This document shows, piece by piece, positions 22,838 through 35,400 of a stretch of DNA of 64,000 nt. The DNA lies in NCBI RefSeq assembly GCF_006345805.1, contig NC_043007.1, positions 65,534,001-65,598,000 of the forward strand. Direction: 5' to 3'. The notes below the pieces were generated by a model, which saw nothing but the letters and a program-made list of their open reading frames with translations, was not told the DNA's origin and did not search any database. Both the position numbers and the translations under genes were made by a program. Positions within the stretch are counted from its first letter, which is position 1, and each line of letters starts with the position of its first letter. The DNA is from Octopus sinensis (Eukaryota).

Positions 22838-23829
22838 GTGAGTTTATTTTGTTGCCTTATTCCCATTGAAATATCCTGTCTTTATTTCAATTAATTTTGA
22901 AAATTATGAATAATTTGTAACTCCTGATCAAGCTGGTGTTTGGAACATGACTTAATGATGAAAGATTTTTATTTAGGTTACTTTAAAACAGGAAAGACTG
23001 TCAGAAATGGACAGTCTTAAGCAAAGTGGTATCAAAAGGGTTTATCTTCTGCTTCTTTTATCATCATTTTATGCTCATTTCTCATTCTAGCATGGGTTGG
23101 ACAAGTCATGGTCTGAGTCTGTTCTTATTTGAAGCTATTTCCCTCATAGTTGGAGGACTGTTTCATTTGCATATTCTATTTTAGGCTTGGTTTCTATGTT
23201 AGAATATCTTTCCTAATACCACTATCACTTCATGTAGTGTACTAGGTGCATTTTATTGTGGCATCAGCACTAGAGTAGTTGTCATGTCTTCAGCAATCTA
23301 AAGAGTCCTCACTCTCTTACATTGTCACCTTTTAGAGTGTAAAGGGATCAGCATTTAATGGACTACCTTATCTCCTGCAACACTAAAGAATCCTCATTTT
23401 AACCCTTAAACGTTTAAATCGACAATATCTGTCCCAAATATTCTATCTATTTTATATGTAAACTGGCCAGCTCCAGCCTCTCTCATCAACCCTACAATGT
23501 CATTCTAAAAATAAACAGTCATATCATCGAAATCTTGAAGCTATGAGATTAGTGTTTGATTAATTCAAAACTGTGTGAATAAACAAACATTGTATTTGAT
23601 TGGGTAATCTGAATATGAAAGGGATAAACATACTCTTGAAGTCAAGTAGTTGGTGTTACTGCAGAGTTCCAGGTCAATCCTAATTGAGTAGCCGTATGAT
23701 CCAAGGTGTTCCAGCCATGACCATCATGTCTTTTTTGCAAGGACCCCAAGACCATATGCAATATATCTTTCTCTTAGACAGTGGAGACATTTGAGGAAAA
23801 TTTGGTAGCTATTTCTAACAGACTGAGCA

Positions 23830-24300
23830 CCTATGTAGAGGCTCTCTCATTGGCTTTTGGAGTGTTGGATGCTAAGCATGGTTACCAAGGCATTGTATTC
23901 TCTTCAAATTCTAGGCATTCTACGGCCTTAAGTGCCATCAGCAAAATCTAGTCTGTTGCAAACGTTTGGATTTGGCCTTCAATCAAGAGATCAGCTCAGT
24001 TCCTTGTTGTTCTGCTTCTTGTGGCACTTTACATAGTTTGGTAGAGGATACAAGCTGAAGAGGTGTTCCAACAGAAGTTCACTGTCAGATACAACAGGGA
24101 TCTGGATCTTAAATCCCATGCAGGTTGCTACCTTATTTTCTTACGTCTCCACTTGCTGCCACTAAGATCCAGCTGATCTATTTACCAAACTTGAACTGGT
24201 TGTTGTGGCACTTATGATTGTTTTTCTTTGAACTCCAGCTCAGCTGTGATGAAGCTGATCTATGGATCAAAGCTATGACCATTCTGTAGTTATCTTGTTT
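23830..24300 (-). mobile_element. Decayed LINE fragment (RTE-like)
   Basis: Minus-strand peptides are weakly like the RTE post-RT region; heavily mutated. Confidence 0.3.
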
Positions 24301-24856
24301 CTTTCCAGGCATTGTATGTCTTGGATTGTGAAGGCACATGGCCCAGTGGTTAGAGTGTCGGGCTCACAATCATGTGGTAATGAGTTCGATTCCTAGGCTG
24401 GGTTCTGTGTTGTGTTCTTGAGCAAGATACTTTATTTCACATTACTCTAGCTGTTGAAATGAGTAGCAAAGTTACTAGTGCTAAGCTGTATCATTGGATA
24501 ACATTAGTGGTATGGAGAGGGGCGCCTGGTATGCATGGGCGACTGCTGGTTGTCTATAGACAACATTGTCTGGACTTGTGCCTCAGAGGGTAACTTTCTA
24601 GTTGCAATCTCATGATCATTCATGATCGAAGGGGCTCCTTACCATTATCTCTTGGATTACACTATCCAAAGTGTCCTTTATTTAATTTTTTCTTTAGGTT
24701 GGCAGGATGTGATTAGATTTGGCTGCTGCCTCTAGCAGGTTGAGTGACCATGTACAACCTCCTTTGTTACTTTATTGTGGTGATTGTTGGTGTTATGACA
24801 AAATTTTGCAAATGATCTGATCAATCTCTTTACCAATCAATGTTTTATTCTTGCAG

Positions 24857-24920
24857 CCTGAAAAAACTGAAACAGATTCCCAATTTCTTAAATTCGGTCA
24901 AGTGTTTGTTAAACAGAAAG
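24857..24920 (+). CDS. CLSPN: Claspin exon (PEKTETDSQFLKFGQVFVKQK)
   Basis: ttgcag acceptor and gtaata donor; DSQF motif. Confidence 0.88.
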
Positions 24921-25206
24921 GTAATAATAATAATAATAATCTTTTCTACTAAAGGCACAAGGGCAGCAATTTTGGGGAAGGGGATAAGTTGATTTCATCA
25001 ACCCCAGTGTTTCACTGATATTTAATTTGACCTCGAAAGGATGAAAAGCAAAGTTGACCTTGGTGGAATTTGAACTCAGAACATACTAATGGGTGAAATA
25101 CCACTAAGCATTTTGTCTAGCGTGCTAATGATTCTGTCAGCTCATCACCATAACAATATCAATAATGATGATGACGAGGAGGAGGAGGAGAACTCAGAGA
25201 GTACAA

Positions 25207-25527
25207 ACCTCTGCCAAGGCTAGCCAGAGATGATTTTTAAAATGAGAGTATCTGAAATAAACTCAACTGCTCTCTCAAACAAGAATACTAAAAGTGAACC
25301 TGAGCACTCTTCAAAAATTAAGTAAAAAAAAACGGAAAAATAATCCAGAATCCTTGTCCAGCACTGGGTTGGTCCCAAAATCTAAGTAGTTCATTCCATT
25401 CACGAGGCCAAACATCCTTGAAATTTTCATTCAAATCCACCCAGCAGTTCTTGAGATATCTTGTCCACAGACAAGAAACAAACACGACTGCTAACAATAC
25501 CTCTGCCTTCACTAAGGCAGAGGTAAT
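25207..25527. mobile_element. Helentron/DINE-1-like non-autonomous element
   Basis: acctctgccaaggc at one end and a cctctgcc-ttcactaa-ggcagagg hairpin at the other, the subterminal-repeat and hairpin layout of HINE-type elements. Confidence 0.5.
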
Positions 25528-27509
25528 AATAATAATTAGTTTTAAATTTTGGAGGAGGGGTTAAGTTAATTACATCGACCTCAGTACTCAACTGCTACTT
25601 ATTTTATTGACCCCGAAAGAATGAAAGGTAAATTGGACCTCGACAGAATTTGAACTTACAACACAAAGATGGATGAAAGACCGCGAAGCATTTTGCGCTG
25701 CATGGTAGCGATTCTGCCAGCTCACTTTGTGGTTGGTACACTGGGAGCAATTACTAAAGGATTGGATGCATGGCTTGAGAAGCTAGGAATTACCACTATG
25801 ATAGGACTGTGGAAGAAAACAGCAAGGATACTAAGGAGGGTGTTAGAAAATTGTAGTAGTAATGACCCAGAGGACCTTTGGCCATTGATTATGGCTTACT
25901 CTTTCGGTATAGTGTTGGTACAAGAAATAATAATAGTTTGTTAAATCTCAGTCTCACCTGTCATTTAGTACAATTTGATTTTATAACCTTGTTATGCTCA
26001 GCCAATCAGCTAGTCCAACAAAGCAAGTGTCTTAATTTCAGGTAGATGATGATGTACTGAAAAATAATTTTCATTCAATTGAAATTTCTGTCTTGGAGTA
26101 AGCAAGAAAATACCTAAAGGCAATTATTTGTGACCTATTTGTGGTGTGTTTAAAAAAAATATATGTATTTATATCTCTGAGTGAAATTATTACTCAGAGG
26201 CACCATCTGCATGATAAACAATAGTTAAGTTACTATTGATAATATTATTTAATGTAGAAAACTAAACAGAACTAATTTACAATCTACATTAAATATATTA
26301 TTACTAATTTAGTCATTGCTTCAAGAAATATTTGAAGTTTGCACTGTTTTTGTTTTATTTGAAGCATTGAACATGTCTTAAGTTTGTAGAATTTCCTGAT
26401 AATCTGAACAATTTCAGAATCTTATAGACTGATTTCTTGTTGCCTGTGGGTCTAAGTAGATCCACAAGAAGATTTAAATTTAATGTTGCAAGCTAATGAA
26501 ATATGTGTTAATTAGAGAGTAATTTCCTTTGTAAAAAGCCTTTTCAATCTATTGCAAAGTACCAATTTGCATTAGCTGAAATATACGCTTATTACTTGAC
26601 TGACTTGAAATAGTAAAATCCTCAGAACAGATCCTACCCCACCCATTAGCCTGCAGAAGAGGGTTACTAGAAATCCAATGAGACAAAAACAAGATTTATC
26701 AGAAGGCTGGATGAACCCAACAAAGGGTCATCTCTAGCTAATTATAAAATTTTGGGATATCGGACTTTTAAGATAATGATCAAGCAACACTGAAAGACTA
26801 CTTGTCAGAACATGTCTTGGAGAAGAGTAAATTGGCTTCTTTAGAGCTATCTAGTAACAGAAAATTCTGAATTCAAACCCTTTTTCTTCCATTGGTCCTT
26901 TTGATTGGAAAGCATTAGAAGATAGACTATATTGATACAAAATCTGAGAGTTTGGTATGAATTGCTATCACTTTTTTTTGTTCCATTGATCTGGAAAATC
27001 TGCCTCAACAAATTCCATGTAACCCATGCAAGCATGGAAAAGTAGATGTTAGATGATGATATTTTGGTTAGTAATGTGGCGCCTTGCCACTTATGGTGGG
27101 AGATACTGCATTAGTCAGTAGAGTAGGATCTTGCACTTAGTGAAAGCCACTTCCGTTTCCTAAACATTCAATGAAACAAGACCAAATTCTTGGCTATATT
27201 TGAGTAGAACATTTAAAATACATTTGTTGAAGTTCATCTAGTACCTCCATGGTACCTCCATGTCCTGTGGGAATGCTTTTTGAGATGAACTAGCTTTCTA
27301 TCCAGGTAGTAATTTTTGCTTCTTTTTCAATACTAACCAACCAACCAACAAAAAGTATCTCATGGGGATTTTGGGAACACCTACTTAAAAATAATCAATA
27401 TTTTGTTGTGGTATATTAGTGTTTATCACATAAAGTTAGTAGATATATTTTTATTTTTTATGCCTTTCAAATTCCTTTTAATTTGTATTTTTATTTCCAC
27501 GTCTTTCAG

Positions 27510-27586
27510 GAAAACAGCTTGATAAAAAAAACAGTGAATCAAAGATTGTCACCAAAGTACCGAACCGAACAGTAGCAAGAAGCAGG
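27510..27586 (+). CDS. CLSPN: Claspin exon (KQLDKKNSESKIVTKVPNRTVARSR)
   Basis: ctttcag acceptor and gtaaga donor; phase 1 to phase 0 fits the neighbouring exons. Confidence 0.82.
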
Positions 27587-27882
27587 GTAAGAACATATCT
27601 GAAAACCTTATAAAATTCCATCCTCTCTGTTCTTTTTTCACCATTTTATTTACATATGTACTTTATATTTTTATTCTATTAATTTTTTTTTTGTCAAAGA
27701 CCCATGAAATTTTATAACGCGAGAAACTTTTGATGCTTATGATGGTCCTTGAAATATTAATAGAAATTGAAACTACACCATACAGTCTCAGTGACATGTC
27801 ACCACTCTTCCTTTTTTTCTTTATATTAGTGTTTGATTCTAATGTTTTGTAATTGATAATTGTTGGTGTTATCTGTTTGTAG

Positions 27883-28041
27883 AGTTTAACAACCAAGGGT
27901 TCATTCCTCAACCGAAGCAATGACTGCCTGGCCAAAATTGCAGAGCTAACCAAACCTGCCTCCAATCCAACCATAGGCAATAAAGTCAATGGCCGTAATT
28001 TTGTCTTCTCTGTGGTCAATCCCGAAGAAACTTCAACCCCT
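27883..28041 (+). CDS. CLSPN: Claspin exon (SLTTKGSFLNRSNDCLAKIAEL...GRNFVFSVVNPEETSTP)
   Basis: ttgtag acceptor and gtaagt donor; conserved GSxLN and RNFVF motifs. Confidence 0.93.
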
Positions 28042-29308
28042 GTAAGTTTTCATTTTTAAATACTTATCTCTGTGTATTTCATTTTATTTGTTTCATATAT
28101 GTCTCATCATCATCATCATTGTCTTAATGTCTGCTTTTTTATATTTGCATGAGTCAGATGAAACTGTTAGGGTAGATTTTCTATGATAATTGAAAGGGCT
28201 GGATGTCAACCTCACACCTGTTTCTAAGCAAGGTAATATCCACCCTGGCTTGACATATTTATGCAGAGGATTGGAATTGAATGACACTGTAATACACACT
28301 CTATCACATTATGTCTAGACAAGAAGGCACACACACACACACTTATACATGTCATCATTTGATTTCTGTCTTCCATACTGGCATTGGTTTGACGGTTTGA
28401 CAGGGGCTGGTTTGCTAGAGCACTGTGACATGTTTCACTGTCTGCTTTGGCATGGTTTTTATAGCTGGATGCCCTTTCAAGTGCCAACTACTTTAATGAG
28501 TGGACTGGATGCTATTTACATTGCATCAGTGCTGGCAAGGTCTGCTTTAGCATGGTTTTTATGGCTGAATACCCTTTCTAATGCCAACTAAGCTGACTGA
28601 GTGCTTTTTATGTGGCACCAGCACCTGTGAGGTCTGCTTTGGCTTGGTTTTTTTTATAACTGGATGCTCTTCTAAATGCTAACTGTTTTACAGAGTGGAT
28701 TGGATACTTTTTACATGGTACTGGTGAGGTTCACCAAGTGACTTGCAAAGATACTTTGAGAGGAGAGTGGGTATTGGAGGAGGTGTCCTTGTGCAAGGTG
28801 ATGAGAGGTTAGAGTATGACAGTAGGACAGAAACAGGTATCTTGCTGTAGAGGAGATGCATGGTCACCCCAGTTGGAAGGAGAAAGTGAGAGGGAATAAG
28901 TGAGAGAGGGCAGAGGGAGGTAAATAGTGGTGATGTGCCAGGGCATACACTCAGGGTACAAGGATGTGAATATAAATGAAATGGTTGAGGATCGCTTGGG
29001 GTGTGTGAGTAGGAAGTTCACATGAATGCAAAATGGGGGAAGCAGGGGCAGTGCAGTGACTGGTGAAACTGAAGTAATATAAGGGCTGACGACAGGATCA
29101 CATATGCACGCACAATTGTGATGATGTCAGAGGTGCAAAACTGACATGGACACAAAATCAAGGCAGCCATAAATACCTTGTTACATGCACAAATTCAAAA
29201 TCATACAACTACATTAACAACTTATACACATCCACACATACATCAAAAAGCATACACACATATACAAGAATATACACACTTAGAAGCAATAGACATATAT
29301 ATATATGC

Positions 29309-29350
<42 letters not shown>

Positions 29351-30208
29351 TATATGGGTACAAGACGTCACCAACAGTGCAAATAACATGTAATAACATG
29401 AAACAAACAAGTAAAATACGTAAACGAGATAAAAATTGAAAGCAGGACAAGTAAACACAGAGAATGGACCCATCATCAGTTGTCAGCTGTCTGTCTACTT
29501 CTCATTTTGAGCATTCAACAACAATATGAGTCTTCAAAGACAGTTGGGAACAAAAAAAAAATGACAGTGGAGACATACAGGGAAAGTGAATGAAGACAAA
29601 CATGGAGGGTCATTAGAGCAGAACGAGAGGAAAATATACATATATTCTTCTCAAATATGTTTTCCTCTTGAACTGTACTTTTTATGCATTTCGATTAAAT
29701 CCACAACTAATTAACAGAGTATCCCCTAACAACAATGTAAACTTCGAATAATCAAGGTATCCTTGGCCTAAAGAGTAGCATGTGGTCTACCCCTCATTTG
29801 GATAATTTACTACTTCTGAGGTTCTGCTAGCTATGAAACATATGTAACCTGGATTTTATTTACTCCATTACCTAAATTTTGGGATATATATCATCATCAT
29901 TTAGCGTCCGTTTTCCATGCTAGCATGGGTTGGACGGTTTAACTGGGGTCTGTGAAGCCGGAAGGCTTCATCAGGCCCAGTCAGATTTGGCAGTGTTTCT
30001 ACGGCTGGATGCCCTTCCTAACGCCAACCACTCCGTGAGTGTAGTGGGTGCTTTTTACGTGCCACCCGCACAGGTGCCAGACAGAGCTGGCAAACGGCCA
30101 CGAAAGGATGGTGTTTTTTCGTGCCACCAGCATGGGGGCCAGGTGAGGCTGGCAACGGACACGAACGGATAGTGCTTTTACGTGCTACCGGCACGGGGGC
30201 CAGGCAAG

Positions 30209-30242
<34 letters not shown>

Positions 30243-31001
30243 TCTGACATGTATGTATGTTTGTAATAATGAAGATACTAAATAGTGATATCTTGAAATC
30301 AATTAACACAAAATACATATTGACGTTTGTTTTTATGTTTTGTTATAATAAAAACAATTTTGCATTATTCTGATGGGTTACTCTGTACTTTTGTGGAGTA
30401 CAAATTCAATATTCTTAATCAAGAATGTTGTTGATAGTGACTGAAATTTTGGTTAGTGAAGCCATTGTTGATTTGTTTGACTAACCCCTTTAAGACAGTA
30501 CTCCAGTATAGTCACAGTTCAATGACTGAAACAGGAGTATGTACTCTGCTTGTCTTGACTTGATTCTGCTAATTTTCACCCAAATGTCACCCTCCTTGTA
30601 AATGGTGTCATTTATTTGCACTTCTCCTCAAAAGCATTTCCAATCTTGTTGTTTGGTAGATAGGGGAAATTATTACCTTTCTTGCAAACAGGTGAAGGTT
30701 GGTTTTAGAAAGAGCATCCGTTCATAAAAATTTCTGCTTTTTAATAAAGTCTTGTCTAACTCAATTAAGCATTGAAAAGTAGATAGGAAATCAGTGATTA
30801 AGATGATGATTATTACTATGATGATGATTGAACTAATTGAAAGCAAAAATGTATTTCCTTAATTCAGGGGCATCATCAACACACACATATACACATAAGT
30901 ACATACAATAAACATGCCCTCAAGCACAACTTGTACTTGCAAATGTGTACAACCTGTGGTACAAATGTGAAAATATATACATATGCAAATACTAATGCAT
31001 A

Positions 31002-31036
<35 letters not shown>

Positions 31037-32197
31037 ACACACACACACACAGTTCATTATTCATACATACAAAAAGAACATACTCAGACACCAATGTATA
31101 CAGATGTGTGTATAGATATTGCTAGAAGACCCTTGTTTTAAGAAATTCTCTAACATTCAGATTTTCAGAAGGCCATTGGACATGAAGACATATGTAAGAA
31201 TGGTAAGATAGAAGGACAATATTTTCTGGGACAGTTACCTGTTAATTAACTTGATTTACAAATGTTGTATTCAATGTATTTCTTAATGTTTCAACTGTTT
31301 ATTTAACACCTACTTAAAATGTTTTTTTTTGTTATTTAAATTAAAATTTTTACTTTAAGAAGTTCATTATTATTGATTGTGGACTGGCAGTCTTGTTAGC
31401 GCATCGGAAAAATGCCTTACTATATTTGTTCTGGCACTTTACACGTTCTGAATTCAAGTCTTGCCAAGGTCAACCTTGCCTTTCATTCCTCTGCAGTCAA
31501 TAAAATGAAGTACTAATTGAAAACTGACTTGTTGTAATCAGCTAAAACTTTCCCTTCAAAAAACTGCTGGCCCTGTGCCAAAATTTGAAACCATTATTAT
31601 TATTATTATTAAGATTCTACCAAGTTTGACTTCTCCTTTCATCGTTTTGGAGTCGATAAAATAAGTACCAGTTGAGCACCAGGGTTGATGTAATCAACTT
31701 TGCTCCCTTCCACCAAAATTTCAGGCCTTGAGCCAATAGTAGAAAGATTATTATTATTATTAAGGCAGTGAGCTGGTAGAATTGTTAGCACGCCTGGTGA
31801 AATGTGTAGCTGTATTTCGTCTGCCACTACGTTCTGAGTTCAAATTTTGCTGAGGTTGACTTTGCCTTTCATCCTTTTGGGGTCGATAAATTAAGTACCA
31901 TTTTGGTACTGGGGTCAATGTAATCAACAATCCCCCTCCACCAAATTTCAGGCTTAGTTCCTATAGTAGAAAGGATTATTATTATTATTATTATTATGGC
32001 AGCAAGCTTGCAGAATTGTTAGCATGCCAGGTGAAATGCTTACTCTTTTACTCTTTTATCTGTTTTGGCCATTTGACTGCGGTCATGCATTACTAGGCTG
32101 GATGTGTTTTTACACACTAAGCCTATAAAGAGAAAATTTTCTCTGAGACAAGAATCCCACAGTGAATGTCTTCTGTGTACCAATATACAGGATTATG

Positions 32198-32425
32198 TTA
32201 ACCCTTTAGCATTTAAACCCTCCATATCCAATCCAGATATTCTACCTGGTTTGTGTTCAAGTCAGCTAGATCTGGCCTCTTACACCTACTCTACAGTATC
32301 ATTCAAAAAGTATGCAATCACATCATTGAAATCTCAAACCTACAAGATAATGCATGATTAATTCAAAACAATGTGAATAAGTAAGCATTGCATTTAAGAA
32401 AATAATTTGAATGCCAAAGGGTTAA
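32198..32425. mobile_element. TTAA-flanked MITE (second family)
   Basis: Ends ttaaccctttagcatt ... aatgccaaagggttaa; copies at about 23399-23630, 33660-34175, 34885-35255 and 41700-41925. Confidence 0.78.
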
Positions 32426-35400
32426 CTGTGAACATACACATTGTTTTATTTTACAAACAGGGATGTTTACCTTTCATTCGGTGTCAGGCAATAGGTACCA
32501 GTCATATACTAATATCAGTTTAATCAGTTGTAAAGTAAATAAAATTCCTTTGTTACTTGTCTAAAGTAATTTTTATCAAAATATAAGGCATAGGAGTTGA
32601 ATGGATAAAGGTTTACAAAATGCCTTGAAACAGCCATCATGTAGTCCCTACAAGATAAGGCACAAGACTCTGTCTCAGTTTACCTGGCTAATAACTGGTA
32701 CATTGCAAGGACAATAATTCCAACCTATGCGGTAGCTGGGTAGTATTCCTGTTAATCCTTTTGATATCAACTGACTCGAAACTGCCACTGTTTCTATAAC
32801 ACAAATTCTGTTTTGAAGTGATCTAAAAGCCCTCCATCGCAATTTCATATTAGTTTATATTCCAAACACCAGATTAATAATGACAAAGTTATTTTAATAA
32901 ATTCTATATTTTCAAAATTAATTGAAACACTAGCAATATGCTTCAGCATAAATACAGTAACAAAAGGGTTTAGATTAAGATGATAAACATGAAGTACTAA
33001 ACCTTTCTTTACTAATCCAATATATTCATTCAATGAATCTATTTTATTTTTATTATTTTGATTTATCAATTTTTCTTTCATTTAGAAGGAAATTTTCATT
33101 CTTGCTGGTTTTGTTTCTGTTCCTTACCAAATTAAATTTATTGTGAAATGTCCTCACATTTTTTTCTTTAACAAATTGGATTAATTCATAGAAAATTGTA
33201 AAGAATTTTTCCAATATCAGTTTCAATTTATCATAGCCTGTACCACTGTTTCCCACCCCACCCCACTCCTGCATGCTTTCTTTGTGATGAAAAAAAGAAT
33301 GATTTTTCCCTTTCCAAATTCAATGATTCTGTTTGTATTCTGATAAATTGTTAAAATATTCAACTAATTACTCCATCAGTCAATGTTGATAATTTTTCTA
33401 CATAAAAATCAATGTACCAGTAAATCGTTGTTCAAATATTAGTCAATGTTGATAAAATTACTACCTGTGTCAATTAATTATCACAAAATATTTACCAATG
33501 TCATGTATTGTCCTCTAGTTGTTACCTTTAAATGTTTAAATAATTCCCCCAACCTTCTCTAGTTGATGTTGTTAATATTTCTACCGATATCTCCTCTAGT
33601 TCTAATGGTTTTCTGACAAACAAATGCCAGGTGGCTTTTCCCTCCAAAATATTAGAAAAATTAACCTTTTAGCATTCAGACTACTCTTTTAAATGTAACG
33701 CTTATTTATTCACAATGTTTTTAATTAATCATGTATTATCTCATAGTTTTGAAATTTCAATGATGTGATTATATATTTTTAGAATAATATTGTGGGGTAT
33801 GTGTGAGAGGCCAGATCTAGCTGGTTTGAGCATCATCATCATTTAATGTCCGATTTCCATGCTGGCATGGGTAAGAGAGTTTGACTGGAATCAGTAAGCC
33901 GGAGAGGTGTACCAGGTTCCAGTCTGATTTTGGCTTGGTTTCTACACCTGGATACCCTTCCTAATGCCAACCACTCCAAGAGTGTAGTGGGTGTCTTTCA
34001 CGTGTCATCTGCAGGGGTGCATTTCACATGTCACCAACATGAGTTCCTTTCATGTGTTACCAGTACAGGTGCTTTTACGTGTCACTGGCACTGGTCACAA
34101 CAATGATTGCATAAAACAGGCAAAATATTTAGGCCAGTTATAGCTAGTTTAAATACTAAAAGGTTAAATGTGGCAATCTGTCTATTTCCTTTTCAATCCT
34201 TACATGACATTCCCATTAGTTGGTCCCTCTTCATGTGCCATGCCGATGAGTATTGGCTAACATGGATCTCCATGCTAAAACCTGAAGATTCATGATTTTT
34301 CTGGAGGGAAAAAAAAACAATGGTTTCCTGTTGCCTTCTACTGACAGTTTATTTACTCTGCTAATCTCCTACTCTCCTGAGCTTACTCTCAAGGCACAGG
34401 CCCTCCAGTATGACAAGTGTTGGTGAGTCAGCCTTTAGCCAAGGACTTTCTGTTATTTGACCAATAACTTGTGCCCTTGACGAATATTACCACCTCAAGC
34501 TGGAATTTACTTGGCACTAGTGGTGACTAAGGGATAACTTCACAATTCCCCAAACTTCTGAGACACACACTCACACATATACGACAGGCTTCTTTCAGCT
34601 TCTGTCTACCAAATCCACTCACAAGGCTATGGTCGGCCTGAGGCATTAATAGATGGTGATGATGGTGGTGATGAAGGTGGGCATGGTGATGCTGTTACGT
34701 GTTGGTGACATGCAAAAGCCTCCAGTTCTAAGTAGTTAATACCATTAACATTTCCCCAACTTCTGCTAGAAGATCCATCTATGATTCTCACTAATGTCCT
34801 ATAAACGTAAGTTGGTAGTGAAATCTCTTCACAACAAACTATAGGGTTTCCTACAAACGATGCATTTCTTCATTAAGTACCCTTAACCCTTTGTCACCCA
34901 GATTTCTCTGTCAAATGTAGTGCATATTTATTCACATTGTTTTGAATTAATCATGCATTATCTTGTAGCTTGTTTGGTTTGATTTCTATGGCCGGATGCC
35001 CTTCCTAATGCCAACCACTCCAAGAGTGTAGTGGGTGCCTTTCATATGTCATCTGCAGGGGGTGCATTTCACGTGTCAGTGGCATGCGTTCCTTTCATGT
35101 GTCACCAATACAGGTGCTTTTACGTGTCACTGGCTGTGATTGTTTGTTTTTACAATGTCATTGGAGGACAGGTGTAAGAGGCCAGACCTGGCCAATTTGA
35201 ACTAGACACAGGTAACATATTTGGGCTGAATATGGCCGGTTTAAATGCTAAAGTGATAAATGAGAGAACAGATATACTCATGGTGAAAATAGCTAGGACA
35301 GTCACTTTTATTTTCTCCTAGAAACACTTGTTTAGTGAAGTATGCAAAGCGGTGAGGTATGAGGAAGTACTTGCTTGTCTACAGTAGAGTGTGAACTCTT

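Noticed and set aside
29465-29548. Hammerhead-like motif in a TA-flanked repeat (minus strand TTGAAGA...AAAA, plus a separate CTGATGA)
   Set aside because: A stem I can be drawn, but both core boxes are mutated and stem II does not pair.
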